Assembly (NCBI RefSeq): GCF_963921235.1
Contig: NC_086097.1
Location: 134,976,001-135,040,000, forward strand
Length of the DNA: 64,000 nt
Origin: Mobula hypostoma
Taxonomy: Eukaryota
Direction of reading: 5' to 3'
The position numbers were made by a program, and so were the translations under genes. The notes under the pieces are model-generated. The model searched no databases. It was not told the origin of the DNA and saw nothing but the letters and a program-made list of their open reading frames with translations. Below are positions 26,050 through 39,100 of this stretch, one piece after another (within the stretch, counting starts at the first letter, position 1; every line of letters begins with the position of its first letter).

Positions 26050-26500
26050 TAAATAGAGAGGGCACAATGATTCAGCTCTTCTTGATTCCTGTCTTCACAC
26101 TGAACGGTTCTGATTCAGTGCTGCTATTGCTGAGTACTGAGTACTGCAGTAGCTTCAGGATTCGTAAGTACTTGTCAGGACAGCCATGTCTTGATCGTGT
26201 ATGCCAGAGAGCTTGGTGGTCTACTGTATCAAATGCCTTTGTCAAATCGATGAGGGCCAAGTACAAGGGCTACCTTTGTTCACAGCATTTTTCCTGTAAT
26301 TGGCATGCTGTGAAGATCATGTCTGTGGTACCTCTAAATGGATGGAAACTAAACTGTGATTCAGAGAGTACTTCGTCAGACAGCAGACGAAGTTGATTGG
26401 CAAGGATACTGTATGTGCAAGCACCCTGCCTGTTATTGACAGGAGGGAGATGCCTCTGTAAATGCCACAATCAGCCTTGTCTCCCTTCTTATTATGGTCA
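26050..26500 (-). mobile_element. RTE-clade LINE RT fragment
   Basis: ESQFSF..FRGTTDMIFTACQLQEKCCEQ...LIDLTKAFDTVD..ALW...GCPDK. Confidence 0.88.
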
Positions 26501-26809
26501 CTAATTCTGAATATGCTCTAAGTCAATGATTAAACTCCCCACTGGTACCTTCATTTCCCTCTGTAAACTTGGCTGCCTCTTTATCCGATTCTTCTCCTCA
26601 AAACCTACCTATTTGAGTTCTGTCTGAACACACCTGATGTGACTTCTCATGACTTTCTTCTACCTGATAACATTCCTTGAGACTGTGTTGCTAATAAAAT
26701 TGTGACATAAATGGGATAAAGTTGCTATATAATTGGATGAACAGGACTAGATGTGTTCCTGAGACATGGCCAGGGCTGGAGTATGAATATCCGAGGATAT
26801 TCCATATGG

Positions 26810-27010
26810 GCAGAGCAGCAGATCCACTGCCCCACAGCATCAGAGATCCGGGTTCAATCCTGACCTTAGGTGGTGTCCACGTGGAGTTTGCACCTTCTTC
26901 TTGTGACAGCACAGATTTCCTCCAGGTTCTCCAGTTTCCTTCCACAACCCAGTGGCATATAGTTTTCATAGTGTGCAGTTCACAGTAAATTGCAGCCCCC
27001 CCACCGCCGT
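26810..27010 (+). mobile_element. HE1/V-SINE-like element
   Basis: ccgggttcaatcctgacc box B and gtggagtttgcaccttc core; related copies at ~23915-24100(-), 25310-25500(-), 33560-33720(-), 41560-41740(-) and 50810-51010(+). Confidence 0.7.
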
Positions 27011-27065
27011 GTGCAAGTGAGTGGTAGAATCAGAAGGAGTGGGGAGGGGCGGTGAGTTGAGGTTA

Positions 27066-28015
27066 GAACATAGAACACAGAACGCTACAGCGCAGTCCAG
27101 GCACTTGGTGGCCCACAATATTGTGCCGACTTTTTAACCTACTCTAAGATCAATCTAACCTTTCCTTCCTACGTGGCCCTTCATTTTTCTATCATCTATG
27201 TGCCTACCTATAGTAGTCATAGTCATGGTAATAGTCATACTTCATTGATCCTGGGGGAAATTGGTTTTCATTACAGTTGCACCATAAATAATTAAATAGT
27301 AATCAAACCATAAATAATTAAATAGTAATATGTAAATTATGCCAGGAAATAAGTCCAGGACCAGCCCATTGGCTCAGGGTGTCTGACCCTCCAAGGGAGG
27401 AGTTGTAAAGTTTGATGGCCACAGGCAGGAATGACTTCCTATGACGCTCTGTGTTGCATCTCGGAGGAATGAGTCTCTGGCTGAATGTACTCCTGTGCCC
27501 AACCAGTACATTATGTAGTGGATGGGAAACATTGTCCAAGATGGCATGCAACTTGGACAGCATCCTCTTTTCAGACACCACCGTGAGAGAGTCCAGTTCT
27601 ATCCCCACAACATCACTGGCCTTACGAATGAGTTTGTTGATTCTGTTGGTGTCTGCTACCCTCAGCCTGCTGCCCCAGCACACAACAGCAAACATGATAG
27701 CACTGGCCACCACAGACTCTTAAATGTCCCAAAAGTATCTGCCTCTACAACCAACCCTGGGAGGTCATTCCACATACCCACCACTCTCTGTGCTGATATC
27801 CTCCAATACCTTCCTTCAATCACTTTAAAATAATGTTCTCTGGCTTTCCACTTGATCGATGGCTGTTATCATCCTGTACGTCTCTATCAAGTCGCCTCTC
27901 GGTCTCCTTTGCTCCAAAGAGAAAAGACGCAGCTCGCTCAACCTATCTTCATAAGACATGCTCTCTAATCTAGGCGGCATTCTGGTAAATCTCCTCTGCA
28001 GCCTCTCTAAAGTGC
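27066..28015 (-). mobile_element. CR1 3' fragment (host of a Rex1-like insert)
   Basis: LERLQRRFTRM...LRLFSLEQRRPRGDLIETY; (ttcta)n-like tail at ~27066. Confidence 0.8.
27211..27720 (-). mobile_element. Rex1/Babar-like LINE 3' fragment with open frame
   Basis: VASAIMFAVVCWG...NKLIRKAS...SHPLH...RKSFLPVAIKLYN; short-repeat tail (actatg)n. Confidence 0.8.
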
Positions 28016-28149
28016 CCAAGATTAGTTGATGAGGATGCGGAGCGAACAGGAAAATGGAACCCACACACCCAAAAAGAGAATGTGCCAACACATACTGACA
28101 AAATGGAAATTGATGTATTTCAATCTGAAATTAGACTCCTAGATCTAAT

Positions 28150-29960
28150 CAAAGACAACAATAAAAATATGAGGAGAGATTTTGCTGTGGTAGAATGGGA
28201 AGCTTTGTTGAAAAGCAAGCAGCAGTAAAATATTTGACAAATATGTTAGACAAAAAAGATGAGTGAGGGTAAATGTAGATTCTAGAAGCTGGACATTGTG
28301 CAATGGGGAATAGAGAAAGAACAGAACAATTTACAAATATTTTGATTCTGTCTTCAAGGAAGAGTTTACAAATAACTTCCTGGAAAGTCAAAGTCTAGTT
28401 TACAAGTACACTGGCGCAATGATAAACTTACTTGCAGTTGCATCACAGGCACATTAATGTCAGCTAAGTAGCATTCACAAGAATAAGACATAAATTCCAC
28501 CTTAAATGAACGCAACTTATAAAAGAAAGAACACAATTAGACCATAAAAAATACAAGTGGTCCGAGTGTTGCTAAACTGTAGTGATTGGGCATTGTGACT
28601 GTTGGTTCAAGAACTGAACATTTGAAAGCAATTAGATGTTCTTGAATGTTGTGATGTGGAACTTCCGGCTTCGATAGCTCCTGCCCAATGGTAGCTGTGA
28701 GAAGATGTCATGGCCTGGATGGTGAAGGTAAAGATCTTTGACGATGGATATTGCCTTCTTGAGGCAGCACCTCACTACTAATGGAGGAGAGGAATGTGCC
28801 CATGGTGTACTGGGCTAAGTCTGCAGAGGTCTACCAGGGAATTAAAAGAAATTAGTACTGGTTAAAGAAAAATAGTGTGAGTGCAATTCATGGCACTGAA
28901 AATCAATTAATCCCAGGGCCTGATATTCCATATCCAAGAATATAAGCCATGGGTGATATTAGATACATTTCATGCTGTTTGCCAAAATTATATTATGTAA
29001 TTCCACTATCAAAAATCGGGAGAGGGTAAACTATTTTCCTGACATTAGTAGGAAGGAAAGTGCTTGACTCTATTATAGAAAAATTGTGATAACAAGACTA
29101 AGAAAATATTAATGAGAGTATACAAAGACTACAGGGCTTTATGAAAGGGAATTCATGTTCGCCAAACATAGTTTCTTGAGAATGTACCTGGCAGAATAAA
29201 GGTGAGCCAGTAGGTTGGCATATTTGCATTTTCAGAAACTCTTAGGTAAAGTCCCACATAAAAGGTTAGCGTGCAGGATTAAGGCATGTGAGATGGGGAA
29301 TAATATACTGGCATGGATTGAAAATTGTGTGACTGACAGAAACATAGGAGCTGGGATAAATGTGTCTTTAGTGCAGTGGTGGATGAATTAGGGTTTAGTG
29401 GTTGTGATAAGTGACGTAAAAGAGCAATCAGTCATTAGACCCCAGCTAGTCACAATCTATGTCAATGATTTGGATGTCAGTCTTCAGTGCAAAAGATGTT
29501 GAGTTTAGGAGGAAGGATGTCTTGCTATAGCTATACAGAACTTTGGAGAATGCTGTACAGATTAGGTTTCCTTACATTTCAACTGATATACTTTCAATTA
29601 ATATTTCTCCTGATTGACTCCTGGGATGTTGGGATTGCTGAATGGGGGGAGATTGGATCAATCAGCCTGTCTTCTTTAGAGTTTGAAAGAATGAACCACA
29701 TCTCACTGAAACACACAACATTCTGGCAGGGTCTGGAAGTGAGGAGGGTGTTACTCCCTGCAATGGGGATCTGTAACGATGGGCCACTGTCTCAGAGTAT
29801 GGGGTACTTCTTTGAGGGCTGACAAAAAAAATCTCTACCCAGAGGTGGTGAAAGTGTGAAATTCTCTACTGTGGGAAAACGTGGGGAGAGATTTTTAGAC
29901 ACAAAAAAGCATGAAGAGACTTGAGCAGGAACATGGTATCGAGATAGAGAATCAACTGTG
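28150..29960 (+). mobile_element. Heavily decayed CR1 LINE
   Basis: Scattered RT-region nucleotide motifs (tcccagggcctgat, aaagtcccacataaaaggtt, gcatggattgaaaattg, ctatgtcaatgatttggat, acccagaggtggtg). Confidence 0.6.
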
Positions 29961-30019
29961 ATCATACCGACAGAGTAAATTCAGAGGGTTGAATGGAATG
30001 CCTTTGTTTCTGTATTCCT

Positions 30020-30200
30020 TTGTGAGTATGAGTGTGTGTGTGCATGCACATTTGTATTTGTGCAACCATACACACACAAACACACACACACACTCACACT
30101 CACACAGGGGTGTGTTTGCATGTGTGTACGCAGATGTGTGTGAATGTGCAGGTGTGTGTGTGTGTGTCTGTACAATTGCATATGTGTATACGCATGTGAT
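30020..30200. repeat. Alternating (TG)n/(CA)n degenerate microsatellite
   Basis: Direct reading of the sequence. Confidence 0.85.
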
Positions 30201-32509
30201 CAAGTTATTCATCCAAGAGATGCCAACTCCAAAACACACGTTCACTAAAATGTACGCAAAGAGTTCTGCATCTCCTCCTCAAAGATTCCTTCTCCTCCGA
30301 TCTGACCTGCGTCTCTTACCAAGGGATATCACAGTAACATCAGAAAGTTTCTTTGGATAGATTCCATTTCATCAGCACATAAGTGGGCTTTTCCCCAAAA
30401 CACAATAGTGCAGCCAGAGAAGATCTGAAGGATTATGAGATCCCTTTGCCTAGGACTAGGATTTTGCTGGACTTTCCTGGTATGACAAGTTATCTTCAGC
30501 AGATCAAAAAGAAAACAACTGGGGTATTAAAATTTATTAAAGGTTTACTTCTATTGTCTTTTTTAATTAAACATAAAAATATTGCCATTTGATTGGATCA
30601 TATGGTGAGAACTAGTTAGTAATTAGTAGTAATCGTGGTTGGGAGGAATTGTAAATAGTATTTACAAATGTTTAGGAATAATAGGTTGACGTAAGTTCAC
30701 ACATATGCCAAATATGTAATTAACACTGAAATCCAGTTCAATCTCTTTTTTCAAAAAGAACATATATTGTTCTATCTCAACATGTAAAGTCACAACTTCT
30801 CTCATCAATGGAATAATTATGACATACCAACATCAGGTCATATTCTACAATTGAATCCTTGGAATGACATGAGTTTACACTTAAAGTAATAGGGCCGAGA
30901 TAAAATTATGAGTGACCAAAACAGGGCGACTGGGAAGGATTATGGGTATTTGTGGGTGGAAAAGCGGTTGGCACTGCAGCTAATTCCTGTGACTTCGTTA
31001 AAATTTATTACCAAAGAATATAAACACCATGAAAATTAGCTTTTTGCAGCAGCAGCTCATAATATTACAAACAAGATAAAAAGAATTTACATGAACCTAT
31101 ATTAACATAAATTATCCATAACTTACGGTAAATGGCAAAATGAACAGAGAAAATCATAATGACATCAGTGAAGTTGGGAGAACTATTGTACAAGGTAGAA
31201 TTTGAGTTTTTCAAGATGGCTTAAAAACCTGATTGCAGTAGTGAAGAATCCGTTAAACCTTGAGGTGTGGATCTTCATGGCAGCATCAAGAAGAGTACGT
31301 GGCCTGGATAGTGGGGGGCGGGGGGTGTGGTGGATGCAGGGGTGGAATCCCGGATGATGGACTTTGCCTTCCTCAGGCATTGCCTCTTGTAGATATCGTC
31401 AGTAGAGTTGTACCTCTGATGGTGCTGGCAGACCCTTGGGATTGAATATGGTTCCCCTGTCACTATATTGGCTTCCTCCCACATCCCAAGGATGGTCTGG
31501 TTGATTGGTTAATTGGCAGCTGTGATTTACTTCTAGTGTAGCTAAGTGTCAAACAAATCAAAGGTGAGTTTATCGGCATCAGAGAGCATCATAAATTTCT
31601 CCAGCAAAAGACCACGGTACTGAAAGCCTTTCACACTGATTAGTTGGACTGTGACTTCACCCCGGCTCCTTCGTAACCCTGCTAAAAATTCCAGGGCTCT
31701 GGGGAAAGAACAGTGGAATGGGATTAATGGGAGTGCTCTTTCAAAAAGCTGACAGTTTGAAAGGGCGATAAAGTGTACTTTAAAAGGACATGATGTTAGT
31801 GCAGGAAAGTTAATGACATAGAAGATGAGGTCAATTTTATGTGTTCTGATCCCAACGATTCGAACAAAGTAACTCCTTTAATCTTAGTTCCAAAATCTGC
31901 AATTAGCTCCTTCTCCCAGTCCGGCAACCTCATTTGCTTTTGCAGGGATGAGAGACTGCAGATGCAAGCAGCTCTTTCTGTGATGATGTCATCACCCCAA
32001 ACAGCCTGTGCCTGAATCTTAAAATTATGCCTCACTCCTCCTTGTAGGACTCTCTTTAAAATCAGACATACTTCTGTGATTCTGAGGGGGGGAATTGTGC
32101 TTGCTTCCAACAAAATCTGAATGCTACATTAAAAACTGAGAGAGCCATGATAGGTGAATTAAGCAATGCAACTGGAAACTACTCACATCTCCTTACTGTA
32201 GTCTGCGTTGCTTCACATGCAATGACCATCCCAGGAGACTGAGAGTTAACCAGAGGGCTCGCGACTTGGGTGAAGCATGGGAAGGAAGTTATTGGACTCA
32301 AGCCACATGGCAACAAGGTCCAAATAAAATAAAAACGAAACATTATTCATTACTTGGAAATCTAAAGATTCATAACAATGTTCTTCCACCACATTTTTGT
32401 TGCATGAGTGGCAGCCATGTTGTTCTTTTAACTGGTCGAACAATCTCAGTAATAACAACCATTTGCAAACGAGAGTACTAGGAAGAAAAAACAAACAAGA
32501 GTGCTGCTT

Positions 32510-32770
32510 CTCCCAGCCCCCTTCCTCATTACCTCTTCCTGTCCCTCTTCAGCTTCGCATTCCTCCTCCTTTCTTTGTATCCACTCTTCCTCCTTCTCTT
32601 CCCTCTTCCTACCTCCTCATCCACCCTACCCCCATCAACTCCCTTGATCTTCCTCCACCCTCCTGTGCCTTCACCATCCCTTTCTCCTCCACCCTCTTTG
32701 CCTCCCCTCTTTCTTCTTCTCCACCTCCCCCTTCTGCGCTGTCCTCCTGCAATAAAGCTTCTCTCTACTA
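32510..32770. repeat. Polypyrimidine low-complexity tract
   Basis: About 260 nt almost entirely C/T on +. Confidence 0.85.
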
Positions 32771-35044
32771 CTCCAGACTTAATGATGTTATTTTGCCTCC
32801 ACATCCACCGGTACCACAGAGTTAAAACTCTCTGATCCCTCCTGCAACTGGCCTACCCGAACTCAGTAATCTCCATGAACTCTGTGTTCCTTCAATGCCG
32901 TTCTGTTGTGCAATCCAAATTTTGATCCATTTTCATTTGGGTGAATCTCACCTCACTGAACCTATCACTTTGCTGTCGCATCCTTTAATAATCTCCATCT
33001 CCCCTGACCCTGTTTGTGGCTCAGTGTCAAAATTTTGTCTGGTAACCCTGAAGTGAAGCACTTTGGGAGGTTTGATTTTGTTAAACCAAGAACATAAATC
33101 CTTTCATTGTTAGGTCTGACTAATGCAAAGCGTTGGAGGCTGGGATATGGGTACATATCTTGTTGAATTACACATTGAAAGTTAGGCCACAATTAAACAG
33201 CCAGCAGCACACCAGTGAGTCTTTGACCTTACAGATGCCACAATCTGGTCTTCATTGCAAACCCCTGTTGTTTACTGCTGTCTTGTTCTCCCTGTTGCTG
33301 TGGGAACCAGATTACAATCAATCCCTTTTTAAAGGTATTCTCATGGGAGAAGTAACTAAAGATTGGTTGGGAGGGGGTGGTTTATGCTAAGATAAAATTC
33401 AGCATTGGCAATTAATCTAATCTTTTCACATATTCAATAACATTAAAAAAATCATAACTTCTTGTACTGAGTCCTTTTTCAGTCTCTGGCTTTTATTTTA
33501 TTTATTGTGGGATAGAGTGGAGTAGGCCCTTCGGCCCTTCGAGCTGTGCAGCCCAGCAAGCCCCGATTCAACTCCAACCTAACCACGGGACAATTTACAA
33601 TGACCAATTCACCTGCCAACCGGTACGTTTTTGGAATGTGAGAGGAAACCAAAGCAGCCGGAGGGAAACCCCGTGGTCTTGGGGAGAACGTACAAACTCC
33701 TTACAGCCAGGTGCGGGGATGTCGCGCTGTGACTCAGATTCAGAGTCATCTGTTTCTCTCTGGTGTATTGAAACATGCAGTGAAGTGCATCGTTTGCAGT
33801 ACCAGCCAACACGATCTATAAGGGTGTGCCGGGGGCAGCCTGCAAGTGTCTCCACACAAACCGGCGGCAGCACAGCATACTCATGATGTTCAGCGGACAA
33901 AACAAACAACAACAATGACAACACAACTGCAGCAACAAAACTAAATTAAAGCAGCAAACCAGCCCCCTTTCCTCCCTCCCATCCAGCCACCCTCCACTCA
34001 CACACGCACAGACAGGCCTGCAACCCTGATTCTTCATTTACAGTCCGTCCATTCATCCCTGGGCTAAACTGTCCCCTAACTCCCCACGCTGCCCCTAAAA
34101 CCATCCCTATAAACCTAAAAAAAAACTTTGTCTGAGCCACAATCACTATGGACGGTGTAGCTCAGGGCAACCTTAAGACCATAAGATAGAGGAGCAGAAT
34201 TAGGCCATTTGGCCCATCGAGTCTGCTACGACATTTTATCATGGCTGATCCAATTATCCTCTCAGCCCCAATCTCCTGCCTTCTCCTTGTATCCCTTCAT
34301 GCCCTGACCAATCAAGAATCTATCAGCCTCTGCCTTAAATACACATAAAGACTTGGCTTCCACAGTCACCTGGGGCAACAAATTCCACAGATTCACCACT
34401 CTCTGGCTGAAAAAAATCCACCTCATCTCCATTCTAAAAGGACGCCCTCTATTCTGAGGCTGTATCCTCGGGTCTTAGACACTCCCACCATAGGAAATAT
34501 CCTTCAAGGAGCAATATCTCAGAAAGGCAGCGTCCATTATTAAGAACCCCCCAGCACCCTGGGCATGCCCTTTTCTCACCATTACCAACAGGTAGGAGGT
34601 ACAGACTCAGCGATTCTGTATACACACTCAGCGATTCAGGAACAGCTCCTTCCCCGCTGCCATCCGATTCCTAAATGGACATCGATCCCGTGAACACTAC
34701 CTCACTTTTTTAATAAATATTACATCTGTTTTTGCACGATCTTAATCTATTCATTATATGTATACTGTAATTGATTTATTGATTTACTTATTTACTTTTT
34801 TTTCCTTTTTCTTCTATATTATGTATTGCATTGAACTGCTGCTGCTAAGATAACAAATTTCACGGCTGGTGATAATAAAACCTGATTCTGATTCTTTCCA
34901 CATCCACTCTATCAAGCCCTTTCACCGTTCGATAGGTTCCAGTGAATACGGGCCCAGAGCCATCAAATACTCTTCATATGACAAGCCTTTCAATCCTGGA
35001 ATAATTATTGTGAACCTCCTCCAGTTTCAGCACATCTTTTCTAA

Positions 35045-36316
35045 GGCTACGTCCACACTAGACCGGAAAAATCCGTAACCGAAGCTCTTTCTCTTCGTTT
35101 TGACCCTCCGTCCACACTGAAACGGTGTTTTCCTCCCCCAAAAATGGAGCTTTTCTAAAACACTCTCCAGAGTGTTTAAATCTGAAAACGCCGGTTGGCT
35201 GTTGTAGTGTGTACGGGGTAACCGGCTAATTTTAAAACCGCTGTCATGACGTGCCGAAACTAATGGTGGCGGCAGCGTGGCATTTCATTGTTTTCTTGAA
35301 CTCAACCTCCAGCACCACAACAACATCTGACAATAGATGTGTAACAGCCTAATGTAACATTGTATGGAAATACAAGATAACACTGATGCAGACATGTTTT
35401 ATACATTTAACAAGTCGCTTTATTTGTCATGGTCCCTTCTGGCAATCCCGCACCTTACTACTTACCTCAGGAATTGGGCCTCAATCCCGTCGTTTAATTT
35501 CCAATCATTCCCAGGTTCCACTAACTACACACACCTGCTTTCCATCAGAAAATGCAGGATAAAGACCCTGTGATCACAACAAGGAGCTGCCAGTTGGTTG
35601 GTCGACTCTGGTGTGAGTAACCTCGTTTCGTGGTTCTTAGGACTGTTAGTTCTAAGTCTAGCATCGCTCCTGGATTCTTTCCAAACCTAAGACTTCGGGT
35701 AAAGACTCTCCTGGAAACTGATTCTACGCTCGCTATGGCGATAACGCTGCCCGACTCTGCCCCCACGCCCGTGTTCTGCACTTGGGTTTGTCCACTGCCA
35801 CGCTCGTGTAACATTATTAATGTATTGCTTGTGCAACCATTCAATAGATACAATTGTCACTTTTGCCCAGTAACTTATTTTATTGCACATGTTAAATACA
35901 GCAAAATAATACAGAAAGACATGGCAAAAGGAAAGGCAAACAAATGAGGTAACAGCAAATTTCACTTTTGCCCAGTAACAAGCCTTATTGCATTTAGTTG
36001 TAGCTGTCGCCCCTTTCATTGGTGGAGACGACTTTGGCTGCAGGAAATGTTTCTGGACAAACGTGCACCAAGTCTTTCATTTGGCAATTTCCTTTTAAGT
36101 TTTTCTACTCTGTAACTGGACAAACGCGCACCAAGTATACCGTTCCCTCTTCGCTTGTTTTCTGTGTGTGCTGCACATGCCCAGTAGGAGGAAATTCACC
36201 CAAATATCCATTCTAATGTGGACGGAGGTATTTTGAAGAGCACCTGGTGTGGACACCTATTGTTTTTACGCGAAACTGGTGTTTTCAAGATTATCCGGTC
36301 TAGTGTGGATGTAGCC
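35045..36316. mobile_element. PIF/Harbinger-type non-autonomous element
   Basis: TIR GGCTACGTCCACACTAGACCGGA / TCCGGTCTAGTGTGGATGTAGCC; TAA TSD (35042-35044, 36317-36319); subterminal GTCCACA repeats; CR1 is contiguous when it is removed. Confidence 0.9.
35425..35813. mobile_element. Solo LTR inside the Harbinger element
   Basis: TGTCA...TAACA termini; 5-bp TSD TTATT at 35420-35424 and 35814-35818; 389 nt. Confidence 0.75.
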
Positions 36317-38799
36317 TAAGATAAGGGGCCCAAACCTGCTCACAATACTCTAAGTGAGACCTCACCAATGTTTTATAAAGTCTTAACGTTACATCCTTGC
36401 TTTTATATTTTAGTCCTCTTGAAATGAATGATAACATCACATTTGCCTTCCTCACCACAGACTCAACCTGCAAATTAACCTTTAGGTAATCTTGCACAAG
36501 AACTCCCAAGTCCCCTTGTACCCAATTTTTGTATTTTCTCTCCATTTAGAAATAGTCAACCCTTTCATTTCTTCTGCAAAGTACCTGACCGTGTACCTCC
36601 TGACAGTGTATTCCATCTACTACTTTGCTCATTCACCTAATCCAAGTCCTTCTGTACTCTCGCTACTTCCTCAAAGCTACCTGCCCTTCCTCCTACCAAC
36701 ACATTGTCTGCAAGCTGTGCAACAAAGCTATCAATTCCATCATCCAAATCATTAACATTATAGCGTAAAAATAATTGGTCCCAACACAGACCTCTGTGGA
36801 ACACCACTAGTCACTAGCAGCCAGCCGGAAAAGGCTCCCTTTATTCCTACTCTATGCATCCTGCCAATCAGCCACTGCTTTATCCATGCTAGAATTTTTC
36901 CTGTAATACCAGGGGCTCATAGCTTGTTAAGCAGCCTCATGTGTGGCACCTTGTCAAAGGCCTTCTGAAAAATCCAAGTACACAACATCAACCAATTCTC
37001 CATGTCTATCCTGGTTGTTATTTCTTCAAAGAATTCCAACTGATTTTTCAGGCAAGATTTTCCCTTGAGGAAACTATCCTGACTATTTTACCATGTGCCT
37101 CCAAATACCCTGAGACCTCATCCTTAATAATCGACTCCACTATCTTCCCAACCACTGAGACCAGACTAACTGGCCTATAGTATCCTTTCTTATGTCTCTC
37201 TCCCTTCTTGAATAGTGGAGTGACATTTGCAATTTTCTATTCAGCCAGAACCATTCCAGAATCTAATGATTCTTGAATGATCATTACAAATCGCTCCATA
37301 ATCTCTCCAGACACCTCTTTCAGAACTCTGGGGTGTACACCATCTGGTCCAGGTGACTTATCTACCTTCAGACCTTTCAGTTTTCCAAGAATCTTCTCTC
37401 TAGTAGTGGTAACTTCACACACTGCATGACCCCGGAAACCGGGAACTTCCACCATACTGCTAGTGCCTTCCACAGTGAAGACTGATGCAAAATACTTATT
37501 TAGTTTGTCCACCATTACTACCTCTCCAGCATCATTTTCCAGCAGTCTGATATCCTCTCTCACCTCTCTTTTACATTTTAGGTATCTGAAGAAACCATTG
37601 CTGTCCTCTTTAATATTATTGGCTAGCTTACTTTCATACTTCATCTTCACCTTCTTAATGACTTTTTAGTTGCCTTCAGTTGGTTTTTAAAAGCTTCCCA
37701 ATCCTCTAACTTCCTATTAATTTTTGCTCTATTATATGTCCTCTCTTTGGCTTTGACTTCTCTTGTTAGCCACGGTTGTGTCATCTTCCCTTTATAATAC
37801 TTCTTCCTCTTTGGGATGTATTTATATCCTGTGCCTTCCGAATTGCTTCCAGAAATTCCAGCCATTGCTGCTCTACTGCCATCCTGCCAGTGTTCTTTTC
37901 CACTCAATTCTGGCCAGCTCCTCTTTCATGCCTCTGTAATTCCCTTTACTCCACTGTAATACTGATACATCTGACTTTAGCTTCTCCTTCTCAGATTTCA
38001 GGATGAATTTGATCATATTATGATCACTTTCTCCTGGGGGTTCTTTTACCTTAAGCTCTCTAATCAATTCTGGTTCATTGCACAACACCCAGTCCAGAAT
38101 ACCTGATCCTCTAGTGGACTCAACCATGAGCTGCTCTAAAAAATCATCTCGTTGGCACTCTAGAAAATCCCCCTCTGGAATCCAGCAGCAACCTGATTTT
38201 CCCAATCAACCTGCATATTGAAGTCCCCCATGACTATAGTAACATTGCCTTTTTGATATGCATTTTCTATTTCCCAATTGTAATTTGTAGGCCACATCCT
38301 TACTACTGTTTGGGGATCTGAATACAACTCCCATCAGGGTCTTTCTACCTTCGCAGTTCCTTAATTCTATCCACAATGATTCAATACCTTCTGACCCTAT
38401 GTCACCACTTTCTAGTGATTTGTTTTCATTTTTTACCAACAGAGCAACACCGCCCCCTCTGCCTTGCTGTCTGTCCTTTTGATACAATGGACATTAAGCT
38501 CCCAGCTATAATCTTTCAGCAATGATTCAGTGATGGCAACAACATCATACCCGCCAGTCTTCAACTGTGCTGCCAGTTCATCTAACTTACCCCGTATGTT
38601 GTGTGCATTCAAAAACACCTTCAGTCCTGTATTCACCCTTTTAGATTCTGGCCGCCTTTTATGTTGCAACTCATCCTGTTGACTGCAAATTTACCCTATC
38701 AATAGCCTGTCCTCGCTACACATTGCCTCTGTTTGTAAACCAGCTTCCTGATCTTCAGCACTATCACCCGCCTTTCCTACTTTGAAATATATGCAGTTC

Positions 38800-39100
38800 G
38801 GGGCACAGTATCAGAATAGAAAGAGATCCCTACAGGACAGAATGAGGAGGAGTTTCCTGATCCAGAGAGAGGTGATTCTGTGGAATTTGTTGCCACAGGT
38901 GGCTGTGGAGGCCAAGTCGTTGGGTATATTTAAAACAGTGGTTGATAGATTCTTGATTAGTGAGGGCGTCAAAAGTTATGGGGAGAAGGCAGAAGAATGT
39001 GGTTGAGAGGGATAACAAATCAACCATGATGGAACGACAGACCAGACTCAAATGGTCGAGTAGCCTAATTCTGCTCCTATGTCATATGATCTTATGGTCT
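38800..39100 (+). mobile_element. CR1 3' end fragment
   Basis: MRRSFLIQREVILWNLLPQVAVEA..FKTVVDRFL and tail attctgctcctatgtc. Confidence 0.8.

Larger units (their letters stand above)
34175..38780 (-). mobile_element. CR1 LINE (ORF2 EN-RT and 3' UTR), interrupted
   Basis: FLNAHNIRGK...YDVVAITES, GRGGGVALLVK, ILDWVLCNE...SDHNMI, KSPGPDGVHPRVLKE, RSHLEYCEQVWAPYL; 3' tail at 34175. Confidence 0.92.
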
